A DNA stretch of 64,000 bases from an uncultured Acidobacteriota bacterium (GTDB lineage: Bacteria; Acidobacteriota; Blastocatellia; RBC074). Under the pieces are notes generated by a model, which saw only the letters and a list, made by a program, of their open reading frames with translations, was not told the origin of the DNA and searched no databases. The stretch is from assembly GCA_963796275.1 (NCBI GenBank), contig CAWCKY010000001.1, forward strand, positions 128,001-192,000, in the 5' to 3' direction. Below, one piece after another: positions 30,548-43,429 of the stretch (positions are counted from its first letter, which is position 1; every line of letters starts with the position of its first letter). A program made the translations under genes and the position numbers.

Positions 30548-30563
30548 TGTTCAGTATTGGACA
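30548..30563 (-). promoter_or_regulatory. TGTCC-N6-GGACA operator (1 mismatch)
   Basis: TGTTCAGTATTGGACA; on the minus strand 21 nt then GATTCT. Confidence 0.65.
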
Positions 30564-30777
30564 AGGTTGAGAATAAATATTGTGAGGCTGGTAGATATGC
30601 ACAGCAGCACCATGCGATCTGAGCGCCAGGGCCTGGAAGCAGCAAGCTGCGAGTGTTATCAAGTGGCCAAAACCGAATTCGATCGATTGCTCGGCTAGGG
30701 ACTCTATCTGCGCTCAGACTTCCATCTTGCACCTGCGGCGAGCAATACTCGCGCAAGCGTTTCATTTGCGTGCCTGC

Positions 30778-30964
30778 TTAAGGGCGAAAGGGCGCCTTGT
30801 TATCTCGCCTGGCCTTCTCCTGCCTGACAGGCTCTCCCCAACCTTCTTCTTTTGACGTTCGCTTTCTCTTTGGGGCCTTCTTGCTTATCCAGCCGGATGG
30901 CTTCGACGATGGCAGCCTGGGCCAAAGCATCAAGCCGTTTCGAAGACGTGACCAGGCCAAAACC
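30778..30964 (-). pseudogene. 3' remnant paralogous to the 43430-44140 gene
   Basis: FGLVTSSKRLDALAQAAIVEAIRLDKQEGP..RQEKARRDNKAPFRP* versus FGMIIYSKRLDALARAAIVESIRLDEQEAP..RQEKARRANKAPFRP*; frameshifted and 5'-deleted. Confidence 0.85.
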
Positions 30965-30970
30965 TCCGGT

Positions 30971-30986
30971 GAGCCAATATTGGACA
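30971..30986 (-). promoter_or_regulatory. Damaged TGTCC-N6-GGACA operator at a deletion junction
   Basis: GAGCCAATATTGGACA; the flank (aagggtgaaagagatatc) resembles the flank of the 45664 site; no -10 at the usual spacing. Confidence 0.5.
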
Positions 30987-31052
30987 AGGGTGAAAGAGAT
31001 ATCACAAGGGCTTGATGAGAGCCTCGGAAAAGACGGCTTAACACCATTCCAA

Positions 31053-34000
31053 TTAAGCCCTGTCTTGCCCACCGAGAATCACGCGTACGTAGTGTAGTTG
31101 CGCGTCGTCAGATAAGTCGATTTCGGATGATTGCTGAATCTTTCCGTCGATTTCCAATTGGGCAACACCGCGACAGATGCCGTGCGGATTTTCGACCTTG
31201 ATGTGATAGCGCGTGGCGCCTCGGCGCCCATGCTTATAGAGAATCTCGAATTCACGCCAGCCGCGCGGAATGGATGGGTCAATTCGCAAGCGGTCGCCGT
31301 TGAGTTGAAAGCCGAGAATTGATTCGAGTCCGGCACGATACATCCAGGCTGCCGAACCTGTGTACCAGGTCCATCCGCCGCGTCCGGTGTGTGGCGGCAT
31401 GGCGTAGATGTCGCCTGCCACTACATACGGCTCGACGCGATATTTATGCAGCCCGGCGCGCGTCGAGGAATGGTTGATCGGATTAAGCAGTGCGAAAAGT
31501 TCACCAGCACGGTCGCCGTCTCCGAGCATGGCGTAAGCAATCAACGTCCACAACGCCGCGTGCGTGTACTGCCCGCCATTTTCTCGCACGCCCGGCACAT
31601 ACCCTTTGATATAGCCAGGGTTCAGCGTTCCACGGTCGAAAGGCGGCGAAAAGAGGATCACGATCCCGTCGCCGCGACGTATCAGATATTCTTCGACGGC
31701 CGCCATCGCACGGCGTCACGCGCTGCTTGTCCGCCGCGCCGGAGATCACGCCCCAGGACTGCGCGATCGAATCGATGCGACATTCATCGTTCTGCGCCGA
31801 GCCGAGCGGCGTGCCATCATCGAAATAAGCGCGACGGTACCAGTCCCCATCCCAGGCCTGCTCCTCGAGCGCGGTCTTCAAGTTCATCGATGTGCGCCCG
31901 ATACTGCGCTGCGCGCTCCCGATCCTCGCGTCCATCGCAGAACGGCGACAAAGTCTTCGAGCGTGGCGTAGAGAAACCAACCGAGCCAGACGCTCTCACC
32001 TTTGCCGCCGTTGCCGACGCGATTCATGCCGTCGTTCCAATCCCCTGCCCCCATCAACGGCAGGCCGTGTTCACCAGTCGCCAAACTGCGATCGATCGCG
32101 CGCAGGCAGTGTTCATAAAGAGTGGCCTGCTCAGATGAAACCTGCGGATGCAAGTACGAGTCGTCCTCGCTCTTCGGCCAAAAGCGGGGCTTCGAGAAAC
32201 GGAATCACTTCATCAAAGATTGCGATCGTCTCCGGTCACGCGGATGTAGAAGCTCGTGACATAAGGCAGCCATAACAAATCGTCGGAGATACGCGTGCGG
32301 ACGCCGCGATCAGTCGGCGGATGCCACCAGTGTTGGACGTCGCCTTCTTTGAATTGATGCGCGGCGGCAAGCAGAATCTGCGCGCGCGTCAACTCCGGAC
32401 TGGCATAGACGAGCGCCATCACGTCTTGCAGTTGGTCGCGAAAACCGTACGCGCCGCCCGATTGATAGAACGCCGAGCGCGCCCAGATGCGGCACGCGAG
32501 CGTTTGATATAACAACCAGCGATTGAGCATCAGGTCCATCGCCGCATCGGGCGTGCGGACTTCGACGGTCGACAACGTCTCGTCCCAGTAACTCGCGACG
32601 CTCTCGATGGCTTCGTTGACCGCTGACGTTTTGAGATAGCGCACGACGAGTTCGCGGGCATTTTCCGCGCTCTCGCTCTCGCCCAGCAAAATGATGATTT
32701 CGCGCGATTCGTCAGGCGCGAGTTCAACGACGCTCTGTAAAGCCGCGCACGGGTCGAGTCCCGCGCCAAACCGATCATCGAGCCGCGCGCGACGCAATGC
32801 CGCCGGGTGCGCCGGACGCGCCGTTACGTCCCAGGAAAGATTTGCGGTCGCAGGTCGCGCTGGCGGGAGCCGGATTCATCGCGGTGAAAACCACGCGATT
32901 CGCAAACTCGTTGTTGTAGGCATTGCGCGCAAATACTGCGCCAGTCTCCTTGTCGCGTTCGGTGACGATGAACGGCGCGGACTTTTCGCGAGTGATGCCA
33001 AGCACCAACTCGTTGTATGTCGTGACTGACACTCGCCGGCGCCGGCCGGTGCGATTATGCAGGCGCAATGTCGAAATCTTCACCGGAGCGTCCAGCGGCA
33101 CTAAGACCATCAACTCCTGTGCGATGCCATGACTGGTATGTTCAAAAATCGTGTAGCCCTGTCCGTGCCGGATGACATAAGGCTGCGCCTCGCGCACCGG
33201 CAGCGGCGTCGGCGTCCAGACAGTTCCGGTATCTTCGTCGCGCAGATATATCGTTTCGCCGGGCGGATCGCTCACGGCATCATTTGACCAGGGTGTTAAT
33301 CGATTCTCACGGCTGTTGACAGACCAGGTGTAACCCGCACCCGTCTCAGTTACTAGAAACCCGAAATCTCTGCCCATTAGCGATCACGTTTGTCCACGGC
33401 GCGGGCGTCCACTGCCCTTCATTCAAGACCGTGACATACTCGCGCCCTTCCCGTGCAAAGCCGCCAAGACCATTGAAGAATTGCAAATCGGAAACGCTGA
33501 TTGCCTGCTCCTCCGGATAAGTTTGCGCAGGAGAGCGCGGCATGAACGGCGCGGGCGGATCGTTATCTTCAACCGGACGCCGGGCGAGTTGTTCTTCGAG
33601 CGTCCCGCGTTCGGGGACCAGGACGACACGCGCGACGGTATGCAACAGAATCTTGTCCTCATCCGGCATGATGTCTGTGCGGCGCACATAAACACCGCCC
33701 GGTTCGTCCTGTAACGTTTGCAGGCCCGTCGAACGAATCAGCGTCTGTATCTCCTCTTGTAACAACTGCAAATAACTGGGCGGATGGTCATTGAGAATGA
33801 CCAGGTCAATGCGCAGACCCTTGAGACGAAGGTATTCATGACCGCGTAGTACCTGCCGGACCATGTCCAAATCATCAGTCACGCTGATTCGCACCAGCAC
33901 GATCGGAAGGTCGCCGCTGATGCCATATTTCCACAAATTGGATTGCGTCTTTTGATTCAGAGTCAGGACCTTTGAGCGTGGGCGCAATGAATTATCGGAA

Positions 34001-37000
34001 TACAATACGCGTCCGGCGAGGCGCTGGAATAAGTGCGCCTCGCGCGCTTCAATGTTCAAGTGGCGCATCTGGATCTGCGCATTCGTCCACGCGAGGCGTT
34101 CTACGCGTTTGAAGATATTGACGTCGTGATACTTGTCCGCAAGCATCAGAATATGTTCACGCGAGTAAGCGACAGCAGTCGAAAAAGTGATGCGCGCCGT
34201 CTCGTTGGGCTTCAAGCGCACGCGCTGGCGGAGGCTGAAAATGGGATCGAGAACCGCGCCGACGGTGTTTGACAGCGGGTGGTCTGCAATCACAGCGAGC
34301 GGCGCCCGGGTGTCGTGACCTCGACCGAGAAACCGATTGCGACTCGTTTCATATTGCACCGCGCCAACAGCGTCGCCCTCGATAACAACCGTGTGAACGG
34401 CGAATATGAGTGTGTCGTTCAGCGAACGCGGGCGGCGACTCGCAATGAGCGAAGTCTCTTCACGAATGAACTCCGTCTCGATGAAAAGATTGCTGAATGC
34501 CGGATGCGCGATGTCTGCAGCGGGCGAAGCCAGCACGACTTCGGCATAGCTCGTCAATTCGATTTCACGCACGCGCGATGAGCGATTCGTTACTGTCACG
34601 CATCGCACCTCGGCGTTGTCTTCAGGAGAGACGACGATGTCCGTCTGCGTCAGGATGCCCGCGTCGAGACGCTTGAAGACCGCACGTTCTTCCATAAACG
34701 TCACTTCATAATTCTGCGAAGCGCGCGCCGATGGTTGATGGCCGGTTGACCAGATTGCGCCGGTGCGCACGTCGCGCATGTAACAAAAGCTGCCCCAGTC
34801 GTCGCAGGTCGAATCTTCGCGCCAGCGCGTGACGGCCTGGTTTCCGCACATCGAATAACCCGCGCCTGCCGATGTCACCATCACCGAATAAGTGCCGTTT
34901 GAAAGCAACTGCGTGCGCGGCGTCGGCAGATTTGGCGACTCGTAACTGACGGCGAGCGGCGCGGTCAGGGTGTTGACGATGCGGCCCATCAACACTTCTT
35001 CGGTGCGGAACTGCGCGATGGGGGCGCCTTGTGGAATGCGCTCTTGTAATAATAACTCCGTGGCCTGAATCAGCGGATCGGCGTGAAACCGCTTTTGCAT
35101 CACATCATCCTGCAGAAGGTTGTCGAGCGCGACGAGGCTCATGCCCTGATGGTGCGCCATGAACGAATGGATGACAACCTCCTGTTGGTTCTGCGGTATC
35201 CGCTCCGGCGTGTAATCAATAGCTTCGTAAAAACCGTAACGGGCGAGCGCGCCGACCTGCGCCAGCTGTTGCATGTTTTGCAGCGCGGCAGCAGGCGCGA
35301 TCATAGCTGCCAGAAACGTCGCATATGGCGCGATCACCAGGTCTTCGCTCAAACCACGTTTCAAACCAAGGCCCGGCACGCCGAACGGACCGTATTGATA
35401 ATTGAAATGCAGGTCGCGCGCGTTGTACGCCGACTCGGAAATGCCCCACGGCACGCCGTGTTTGCGCCCATAAGCGATCTGTTGGGCGACGACGGCTTTG
35501 TAGGTCTGGTCAAGCAATGTGTCCGGATAGTCGCGCGTGACCAGGAGGGGCATCAGATATTCAAACATCGTCGCCGTCCATGACACGAGCGCGCGCCCCG
35601 TGCCGTCAACCTGAGTCAATTGCCGGCCGAGCCGAAACCAATGCTCCTGCGGCACGTCACCCTTCGCAATGGCGACGAGACTGGTGAGACGCGATTCCGA
35701 TGCGAGCAAATCATAAAAAGATTGATCGCGGCGGCCATCGGAGACGTTGTAGCCGATGATGAACATTTTGCGCTCATGATCAAACAGGAACTGAAAGTCC
35801 ATCGATTCGATCATCTCATCGCATGAGTGCGCGAGCGCGCCTGTTCGCCCCAAGAGTTCGGTTGACGCACGCAAAGTGCTTTCGATCGATGTGGTGAGCG
35901 TGTCGAGTCCTCTGAAAAGCGCATCGCGTTCGGATCTTTCAGGAGATTCGGCCAGTTCGAGAGGGCCAAATTCGGCCGACAGCGATTTGATTTCACGAAC
36001 AGCCTGCGCGCAATGCTCGTTAATTTCGCCGACGATTGGCACGCGACTGAATGTTTCAGCAATCTTCTGCCAGCGCCCGACAAACTGCGGCGCGGCGCGT
36101 TCGATGAGCGGCGTGAGATGCTCGGCCAGCGGTGCATTCCAGGAGATCAGCGTATTGAAATCGCGCCGCGCCTCCCGCGTTTGATTGAGCAGCGAGGCGG
36201 TCCAGAAATGAAACTCGCCGAAACCCTCCGCCGTGTCCGCTCCCTGTCCTTGTTCAAGCGCGTGCGCGATATCTTTGACTTCGCCTATCCGCGCCGCCAG
36301 TTCATCGAAGAACCTCGCCCACTCGCCCAAGTCATCCGGCCCGCCCTTCATCGTCTCGATCAGCGTGACACACACCTCAATCTCTCGCTTCAATTGTTTA
36401 ATGGTGACAACCTGCGTCCGCTCTTTGATCGTGCCGAGCCTTTTCGTCTCTTCGCGTAATAGCGTGAGCGTGTCCGTCAGCCCCTGCAGCAACCGCGCGT
36501 CGAATAATTTTTGTTCTGGTAGTTCAATCGCCGCTTGTTTGACGGCAATTAAATGAGCGGCGAGATTTCCACTATCAACCGTCGAAATATACTGCGGTAT
36601 GAGCGGCTTAAGCGTTGTTGTGTCATACCAGTTGAAGAAATGCCCTTGAAATTTCTCCAGCTTACCGAGCGTCACAAAAGTCAGTTCAAGGCGTTCGACG
36701 GTTTCAAGCAGCCCGACATAACCTAGATCGCGCGCCGCGATAGTCGAAAGCAGATGCAGGCCGATGTTCGTCGGTGACGTGCGGTTGGCGATGATCGGGT
36801 GGGGGTCTTCCTGGAAATTATCAGGCGGCAACCAGTGGTTGTGATCGCCGACGAATGTTTCAAAGAAACGCCACGTGCGCCGCGCGATCAGTCTCATCGT
36901 CTGTCGCCCTTCACTGCTCAGTTCACGACTCGATTCCGTACTCGAACGTCTGGCACGGCTGACGAAAGAGGCGAGAAATGGCGACGCCGCCCAGGCCATC

Positions 37001-39914
37001 AAAAACGGGACGGCGAGCCATACCGCCTGCGGTCGAAGAATCATGACGAGAGTTGCCGCGACGATTACGAACAGTGGTCCGGAATAGATCAGATGCCAGA
37101 ACGCCGCGCGGTTCTGTCGGCTCCCGCTCTCCGCTTGCGCCGCCGTCATCCATTCGAGCATGTGCTTTCCTGAAATCAGTTTGCGATAAATGACGCGCGT
37201 CACGGCATCTACCATCAAATAGGCTTGATGCGGTAGAAATACGAGCATCAAAGCGACGCGTTTGGTGTTCGTGCCAAAATCGCCCCAAACTTGCCGGAAA
37301 TAACTGGCCAACGACACACTGCGAGGGGATAAAAATATATCGGTCGTGACATGCGCGTATACCGGAAAGCTACCGACCAGGAGAGCAAACAGCGTCCACC
37401 ATATGGGCAAACCCGGTAGAAATGTCCATGCTCCGACTAGCCACAACAACAGAGAAGGCGCAAGGAGGCTGCGACGCAAGTTATCTAAAATCTTCCAACG
37501 CGAGATTATCGGCAAAATGTTGCGGACCAGCTTCCGCTCGGCGTTCGGAACGCGCGGAAACAGCCAGCGAGCAATCTGCCAATCACCGCGCGTCCAGCGA
37601 TGTTGACGTTTGGCGTAGGTGTCATAACGCGCAGGGTAATCATCAAGTAACTCGATGTCCGACACGAGCGCAGTGCGCGCGTATAAGCCTTCAAACAGAT
37701 CATGGCTGAGCAGCGAATTATCCGGTACCCTGGACTCAAGCACCGCCTGGAAGGCATCTACGTCATATAGACCTTTCCCGATAAAACTCCCCTCAGCGAA
37801 GAGGTCTTGATAGACATCGGAGGCGGCAGTGCTGTAGGGATCAACTCCAGTATTGCCGGAGAAGATGCGCGCGAAACGCGAGCGCGCGCCGCTCTCAAGC
37901 GTGACGCTGACGCGGGGCTGCAGGACACCATAACCGCGCACGACGCGCCGTGTGGTTGAGTCAACCTGTGCGCGGTTGAGCGGGTGCCTGATCGTCGCCA
38001 CCAGCTTGCGCGCCGCATCGCGGGGCAACCGAGTGTCAGTGTCGAGCGTGATCACATAGCGAATACAGGTAAGCAGCGCGACATCTGCGATGGCAACGAC
38101 GAAACTGGTGTCACTTGCGCCGCGTAAAAGGCGATTGAACTCCTCCAATTTTCCCCGCTTGCGCTCCCAACCGATCCATTTGTCTTCAGATTCGTTCCAC
38201 TGGCGGCGACGATGAAACAAGTAGAAACGTTTTGTCGCAGAAGCGTCTCGCTCGTATCGCGCGTTCAGTTTTTCAATGCCGTCGAGAGCGACCCCGAGCA
38301 ACGCGCCGTCGTTCGGCATTTCCTCTGTTGGCGCGTCGGTGAAGTCAGTGAGCAGCGCGAAATAGAACTGCGGGTCCTGATTGGCGAGATAATGGACTTC
38401 GAGTTTTTCGATCAACTCATGCACGGTGGCTTCGGTCGTCAGCATCGTCGGCACAACTATCATCGTGCTCGCCTCGGCTGGAACCTCCGCCTCCTCATTC
38501 ATCTTCGGCAAGACGCGCGGCTCAAAGATGTGCGTCGCGCACCAGTTAAGCAGGCTGACGGCGAGATCGGTCGCTGGAATCAGAGCGAGCAGCGCGATCA
38601 AGCCGAGTTCGGGTGTCGTCGCCCCTGTACGGCCAGCGGCATGAATAAGCAGCGTCAGAATAAACCCGGTGAGCAATCCGAAGACGCCGAGGTAGAAAAG
38701 CACCGGATGCTTAAGTACAGTGCGCCGCGCGCGTTCAATACTCCGGGGGCGATACTTAAACGCGTTTTCCAAATCGGTGAGCCCCTCGTCAATCAGATAA
38801 TAGCCGACGTGCGCGCGTGCCACGTCTTGCGGATCACACTTGTGAGATTGCCTGGCGAGTTCGACAGTGCGGCGAGCGATATCAAGTTCGCCGGCGCGCG
38901 TGCGCTTGGCGATCCGTTCGATCTTCATGGCGGTAACGGTTGCGGGTTGCAAAATCCATCTGCGCGTATATGCCCGCCGGGTCAGCGCCGAGGATTGGTT
39001 CGGTAAGACTGACGCATTCGAAAAAACTATGCCAGTCGAGCATCGAAAGCAGCTTCATGCTTGTGATGATATTGCCGACCGTCACTTGCGATGCGGCTTG
39101 CCGATGGTGCTCAAACTGAACGACCTGTTCAATGCTCTGATCATGGTGCCGCGCCTCGCGCTCGACCCATTCGACGAGCGGCATGAAATCCGGATCCTGA
39201 TCGCGCAGACGTTGCATCAGCTGCACGACGAACGCGCGTCTAATCTCTTTTCGTTTTTCGAGTCGCTGAATGATGCCGGCGACGACGGATCTCTGCTGAT
39301 CGTTCGTCGCCGCGAGCAGGCTGTCGGCAATTCTGTCGGCTTGGTCGCGCTCGTCACGCGCTGCGACTACCCGCGCCGTCAGTCGCCGGAGATTTTCAAT
39401 CAGCGCGAGCCGCAGCACGATCGCCACCGCCCACAGTTCTCCAATAGTCAGTTGTGTGGTCGCTTGATAGGCGCTGATAAAACGCCGGAGTGATTCGATG
39501 TCGAGACGGCTGTCAGTGTGTGCGATGAAGGTGAGCGCGATTAAGTAAATACGGGGATAGCCGCGCATCTCGCCGGTGATGAGTTTGGGCAGTTCGTAAT
39601 GATAGCTCTTCGGCAAGTCCTCCCGAATCTGGCGTAGCTGTTCTTCGACTGTGTGAAAATTATCAACCAACCATTCGGCGGCGGGCGAAATCCCTTGTCC
39701 GCGACGGAGCCCTTCAACGAGCGTGCGATATGCCTCCATGACGATGGCGCCCGTTTTCTTCAAATCGTGGCAGCAATAACCTGCCGTGCTGTGGCTTCTC
39801 ACTTGCCTGATGTTCAGCGGCCAAGATAGTTGCATATTGTTCCAATCGCTCAACGCTGTATAACTCTTCACGGATCGGCTCTTCATCTATCCACTTGCTC
39901 GACACTGCAAACAT
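31053..39914 (-). pseudogene. ndvB: Cyclic beta-1,2-glucan synthase (GT84 + GH94 phosphorylase domain), split by at least 7 frameshifts
   Basis: Collinear pieces: EEPIREELYSVERLE; ISPAAEWLVDNF; GWERKRGKLEEFN; YVITLDTDT; LSHDLFEG; RQHRWTRGDWQ; PPDNFQE; SWTATMFEYLMP; FYQSGGAYGFRDQLQD; GDWNDGMNRVG; YVPGVRENGGQYTH; GRGGWTWYTGSAAW. The frameshifts may be assembly errors. Confidence 0.9.
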
Positions 39915-40449
39915 GCCGTTGTCGCTGGTTCTACTCCTTCTCATTCGCAAATGATACTACACTGCGGCTTCGCCTGATCTGATATTCGGCAATAAAGGCG
40001 ATTAGATTCCCCTTCCTCCACCTTGTGCCAACGTCTCAAGCACGGCTCCGAGCTTCGTGAAGAGTCGCTGCGCGCTTCGAGGAAGCTGCAGCGGATTTAG
40101 TCTCTCCCCTCTATGACAATTAGCTTGCGGTAGACTGGCGGCTGGCAAGGTAAGGAGGGCATCAATCGGTGGATGACGCCGTTGTCGCATGTGATGTCAA
40201 TCTAGATTACTTACGCGACGAATAAACCCTATGCCGCTATACCGTATTTTCCCCGCCATCGGAATATGCGTTTAATGTTTGAGATGAGCCTATCGCTATA
40301 ATCAGCTCACTTCCGCACACTGCTGGGTTGCGTTCAGATGGATTGTGCACGAAGGCTATCGCTCGAGTTCATCCGACGATCGTGTAGCGTTGAATCGATC
40401 GTGTTTATCTCTATGGACAAGTCCTCTGTCAGCGGCCTGCACTAAGTCG

Positions 40450-40989
40450 TTACTGCCTGATTGGTGCGATTCGGGTTGAGCTGCCGGCAACGAGTTGCCA
40501 GCGCCCCTGCTGACGCCCCCACACATGCATGAATCGAGTGGGAACCTCGATGACTCTTCCATCTATGTTCCGGCTTTTATATGCCGAGCGCACAATGACC
40601 ACACCCGTATCTCCGTAGACGTGGACTTGAGAGTCTTCGATACCGGGGGGATGCTTGGGCTCATCACGCTCACCGGATTCCATGATCGCCAGCAAATCGG
40701 ACTTACTCTGACCAGATTTCATCCTTACCAGCAGAGACGCCTTCAGGTTTTCATGGACCACCCCATCGCGGGTAATAAAGAAATAGTCGTCAGCCATGAG
40801 GCGGTCGATCGTTTCTGCGTCACCCCGCAATCCAGCTTTTACTAATTCATTTTCCAGGTTCATTATCACCTGCTCGACATTGCTATTTGAGCCTATTTTG
40901 TTCCGGTCCTCCTGCTTGTCTTTCGTTTGACCAAGCACAAGAGACGACACCGCAACTGCTATTGCCAAAATTATGAAGATTTGTTTCAT
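40450..40989 (-). CDS. Exported DUF4440/NTF2-like protein
   Basis: Signal peptide MKQIFIILAIAVAVSSLVLG; GDAETIDRLMADDY; VYGDTGVV; RFMHVWGRQQGRWQLV. Confidence 0.8.
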   Translation of the reverse strand: MKQIFIILAIAVAVSSLVLGQTKDKQEDRNKIGSNSNVEQVIMNLENELVKAGLRGDAETIDRLMADDYFFITRDGVVHENLKASLLVRMKSGQSKSDLLAIMESGERDEPKHPPGIEDSQVHVYGDTGVVIVRSAYKSRNIDGRVIEVPTRFMHVWGRQQGRWQLVAGSSTRIAPIRQ

Positions 40990-41043
40990 TGGTGAGCTCC
41001 TATGTGAAGTCATTTCACGGTAATGCATAACTACAAGAAGTGC

Positions 41044-41059
41044 TGTTCAATACTGGACA
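41044..41059 (-). promoter_or_regulatory. TGTCC-N6-GGACA operator (1 mismatch)
   Basis: TGTTCAATACTGGACA; on the minus strand 21 nt then TACCGT, just upstream of the DUF4440 start. Confidence 0.7.
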
Positions 41060-41456
41060 ATTAAATAAAGGATTTTGATTGGATAGGGAGGGCCGCAACA
41101 GGTTCAAGCAATCGCTGCCAGGATCGAGTGTAACGGTGCAGACTGGTTTCCTGTCAGGTTCATCGAGCGCCCCTAATAATCATTGATTCAAGGCTGATGT
41201 TTAGTTCAGACAGTAGTCAGTCTTCATTTTTGTTATGGGCGGCTTCGTCCACCTTATCGACGGATCGCGGTAGCTGAAATTCATCCGCGATCTCGTGGCT
41301 TGATAACTAGACCCGTCACCAGACCGACATGCAATCAAGCACCTGTCGTCGAGTGGCTATGGCGGTAGTGTAGTTGACGATAAAAAAGGAAGGTTAAAGT
41401 TGTAAGTCAACGTAGCAGCCACCGACGTGTGTGGGAGAGGCTCATAAATGAACAGG

Positions 41457-41499
41457 TGTGTGATGACGCACAGACCGCATGTCGCTCACCTGGTATAGT
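41457..41499 (+). promoter_or_regulatory. CRP-like site and -10 box upstream of the crp/fnr gene
   Basis: TGTGT-GATGAC-GCACA (41457-41472), 21 nt, then TATAGT (41494-41499) preceded by TG. Confidence 0.65.
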
Positions 41500-41619
41500 A
41501 ACCGTGCTAATTTTTGTTCAATAGTTCATCATTCGACATCGGGATCGGGCCTATCGCCTTCTCCTTATGCCGTCTGTTGGGTTCCCACACATGACAGCAA
41601 CTATACAACGAGACATTTC

Positions 41620-42342
41620 ATGCCGCGATCTATAACACCTCGCGAACAGGTATCCAACCGGTTGCTCGCCGCGTTATCGGGCAAAGAATATCAACGGCTG
41701 CAGCCACACCTGGAACAGATCACCTTATCTTTTGGCGAAATCCTTTACGAACCGCGTGAGATCATCCGATACGTATATTTCCCGAATCAGGGCATCATTT
41801 CTTTGCTCTCTAGGGTGGAAGAGCACTCGACCCTCGATGTGGGCATCGTCGGCAACGAAGGCATGGTCGGCATCCCGGTCTTCCTGGGGGCGGCGGCTTC
41901 ATCCAACCGGGCGATCGTGCAGGGCGCGGGGACGGCCCTCCAGATGAAGGCTTATGCCATGCGCAAACACGTCGGGCATGAGGGGCAGTTACCAGACCTG
42001 CTACGTCACTACATACACTCGTTACTGGCGCAGATATCACAGACAACTGCCTGTAACCATTTCCATACGGTGGAAGCGCGCCTCGCCCGCTGGCTGCTCT
42101 TGACGCATGACCGTCTCGTGTCAAACGAATTTCGGGTCACCCAACAATTCCTCTGCAATATGCTTGGGGTGCGCCTCGAAGGCGTCACCAATGCGGCCCA
42201 CTCACTCCAGCGGGAGAAACTGATCAGTTACGTCCGGGGTCAGATTACGATCCACAATCGATCAGGCTTGGAGGCAGCATCTTGCAAGTGCTATGAGATC
42301 GTCAAATTGGATGTCAGGTCCAAGGCTGCCAAGAGAAGGTAG
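41620..42342 (+). CDS. Crp/Fnr-family transcriptional regulator
   Basis: NRLLAAL, YVYFP..GIISL, VGNEGMVG, ACNHFHTVEARLARWLL, TQQFLCNMLGVRLEGVT HTH and LEAASCKCY. Confidence 0.9.
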   Translation: MPRSITPREQVSNRLLAALSGKEYQRLQPHLEQITLSFGEILYEPREIIRYVYFPNQGIISLLSRVEEHSTLDVGIVGNEGMVGIPVFLGAAASSNRAIVQGAGTALQMKAYAMRKHVGHEGQLPDLLRHYIHSLLAQISQTTACNHFHTVEARLARWLLLTHDRLVSNEFRVTQQFLCNMLGVRLEGVTNAAHSLQREKLISYVRGQITIHNRSGLEAASCKCYEIVKLDVRSKAAKRR

Positions 42343-42406
42343 GGATATTGCACTGACGATGCGAAGATGCAAGCAAAAGCGAATGATTGTTTAGTCAGAT
42401 TGCAAT

Positions 42407-43384
42407 TTATTTATGCGACTGGACCGCATCTCGCACGCGATAGCCCGTTGGATAATGTAAATGCAGATTGAAATCGGTCGTCGCTTCGATCCGGCGAAAA
42501 CCCGTTCCGCTATTTGCGCTCTGATACGTGATCAACCATTGACGATTGAGCAGATCATTCAACTCTCTGAAATACGGGTCGAAAGTCACAAAACTGGTGC
42601 CGGAGAAAAACGCTTCACCACCCGTTTCATCCGCCATACGATTGAGCGAACCTTGCCCATAATTGACTGCCAGCCGGCTGACGCTGGTCAATCCCACTGA
42701 CGGCGCATAAAAAGAGAAGATCGCGACTCCTCGCCTTTGTGCTTCGCTGATTGCCTGGTCTAGATATAATGAAACCATAGGGCTTGCATCGCGGAACCCT
42801 TGCGACACATCAAGCCCGTCAGATATTAACAAAACAATGCGCCTCCCTGCGGGTTGCTCATCAAACCGTTTCAACGCCTCGACCACCTGAATGTATGGAC
42901 TATAGGTGGCCGCGGATCCGCTGCCCGTCACGATCCGTAAAGATTCGGCCGCACGCGCACGATCCGTGGTGAAATCTTGTGTCACGCGCAAGCTACCGCC
43001 AGTAAGGTAGGCGGTCATCACGCGCGAGCCCTCAGGCAATTGGCGGATGAACCTTTTGATCCCTGCGATCTCGTTGCTGACACCCGAAATCAGATCATCC
43101 TGAATCAAGACGGCAATGACAGGCGGCGATTCAGATGCTCTTTTGACGGAAACAATGCGCTGTTTTTGTTTCTCTTCTAGAACCGTGAAGTCCTCAGGTT
43201 GGAGTTTGGATGCAATTTCCCGTGCCCGATCATTGTGGGGATCTATAGTTACAAGAATTGTTACCTCTCGCCCGTTAACAACTACTTCGCGTTTTCGGTT
43301 TTGCGCGACAACAATAGTGGCAGAGAGAAAGATAATTGCAACGGTGGTCACAGTCGCTGCAATTCGAAAAGACACTCTATTCAT
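42407..43384 (-). CDS. Exported VWA-domain protein (Acidobacterial VWFA-related type)
   Basis: Signal peptide; LQPEDFTVLEE..Q.I; VTQDFTTD; RRIVLLISDGLD; LNRMADETGGEAF. Confidence 0.8.
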   Translation of the reverse strand: MNRVSFRIAATVTTVAIIFLSATIVVAQNRKREVVVNGREVTILVTIDPHNDRAREIASKLQPEDFTVLEEKQKQRIVSVKRASESPPVIAVLIQDDLISGVSNEIAGIKRFIRQLPEGSRVMTAYLTGGSLRVTQDFTTDRARAAESLRIVTGSGSAATYSPYIQVVEALKRFDEQPAGRRIVLLISDGLDVSQGFRDASPMVSLYLDQAISEAQRRGVAIFSFYAPSVGLTSVSRLAVNYGQGSLNRMADETGGEAFFSGTSFVTFDPYFRELNDLLNRQWLITYQSANSGTGFRRIEATTDFNLHLHYPTGYRVRDAVQSHK

Positions 43385-43429
43385 TTGATTACATCCCCAT
43401 TCTGTATGATTACTCGTTTCACATATTGG

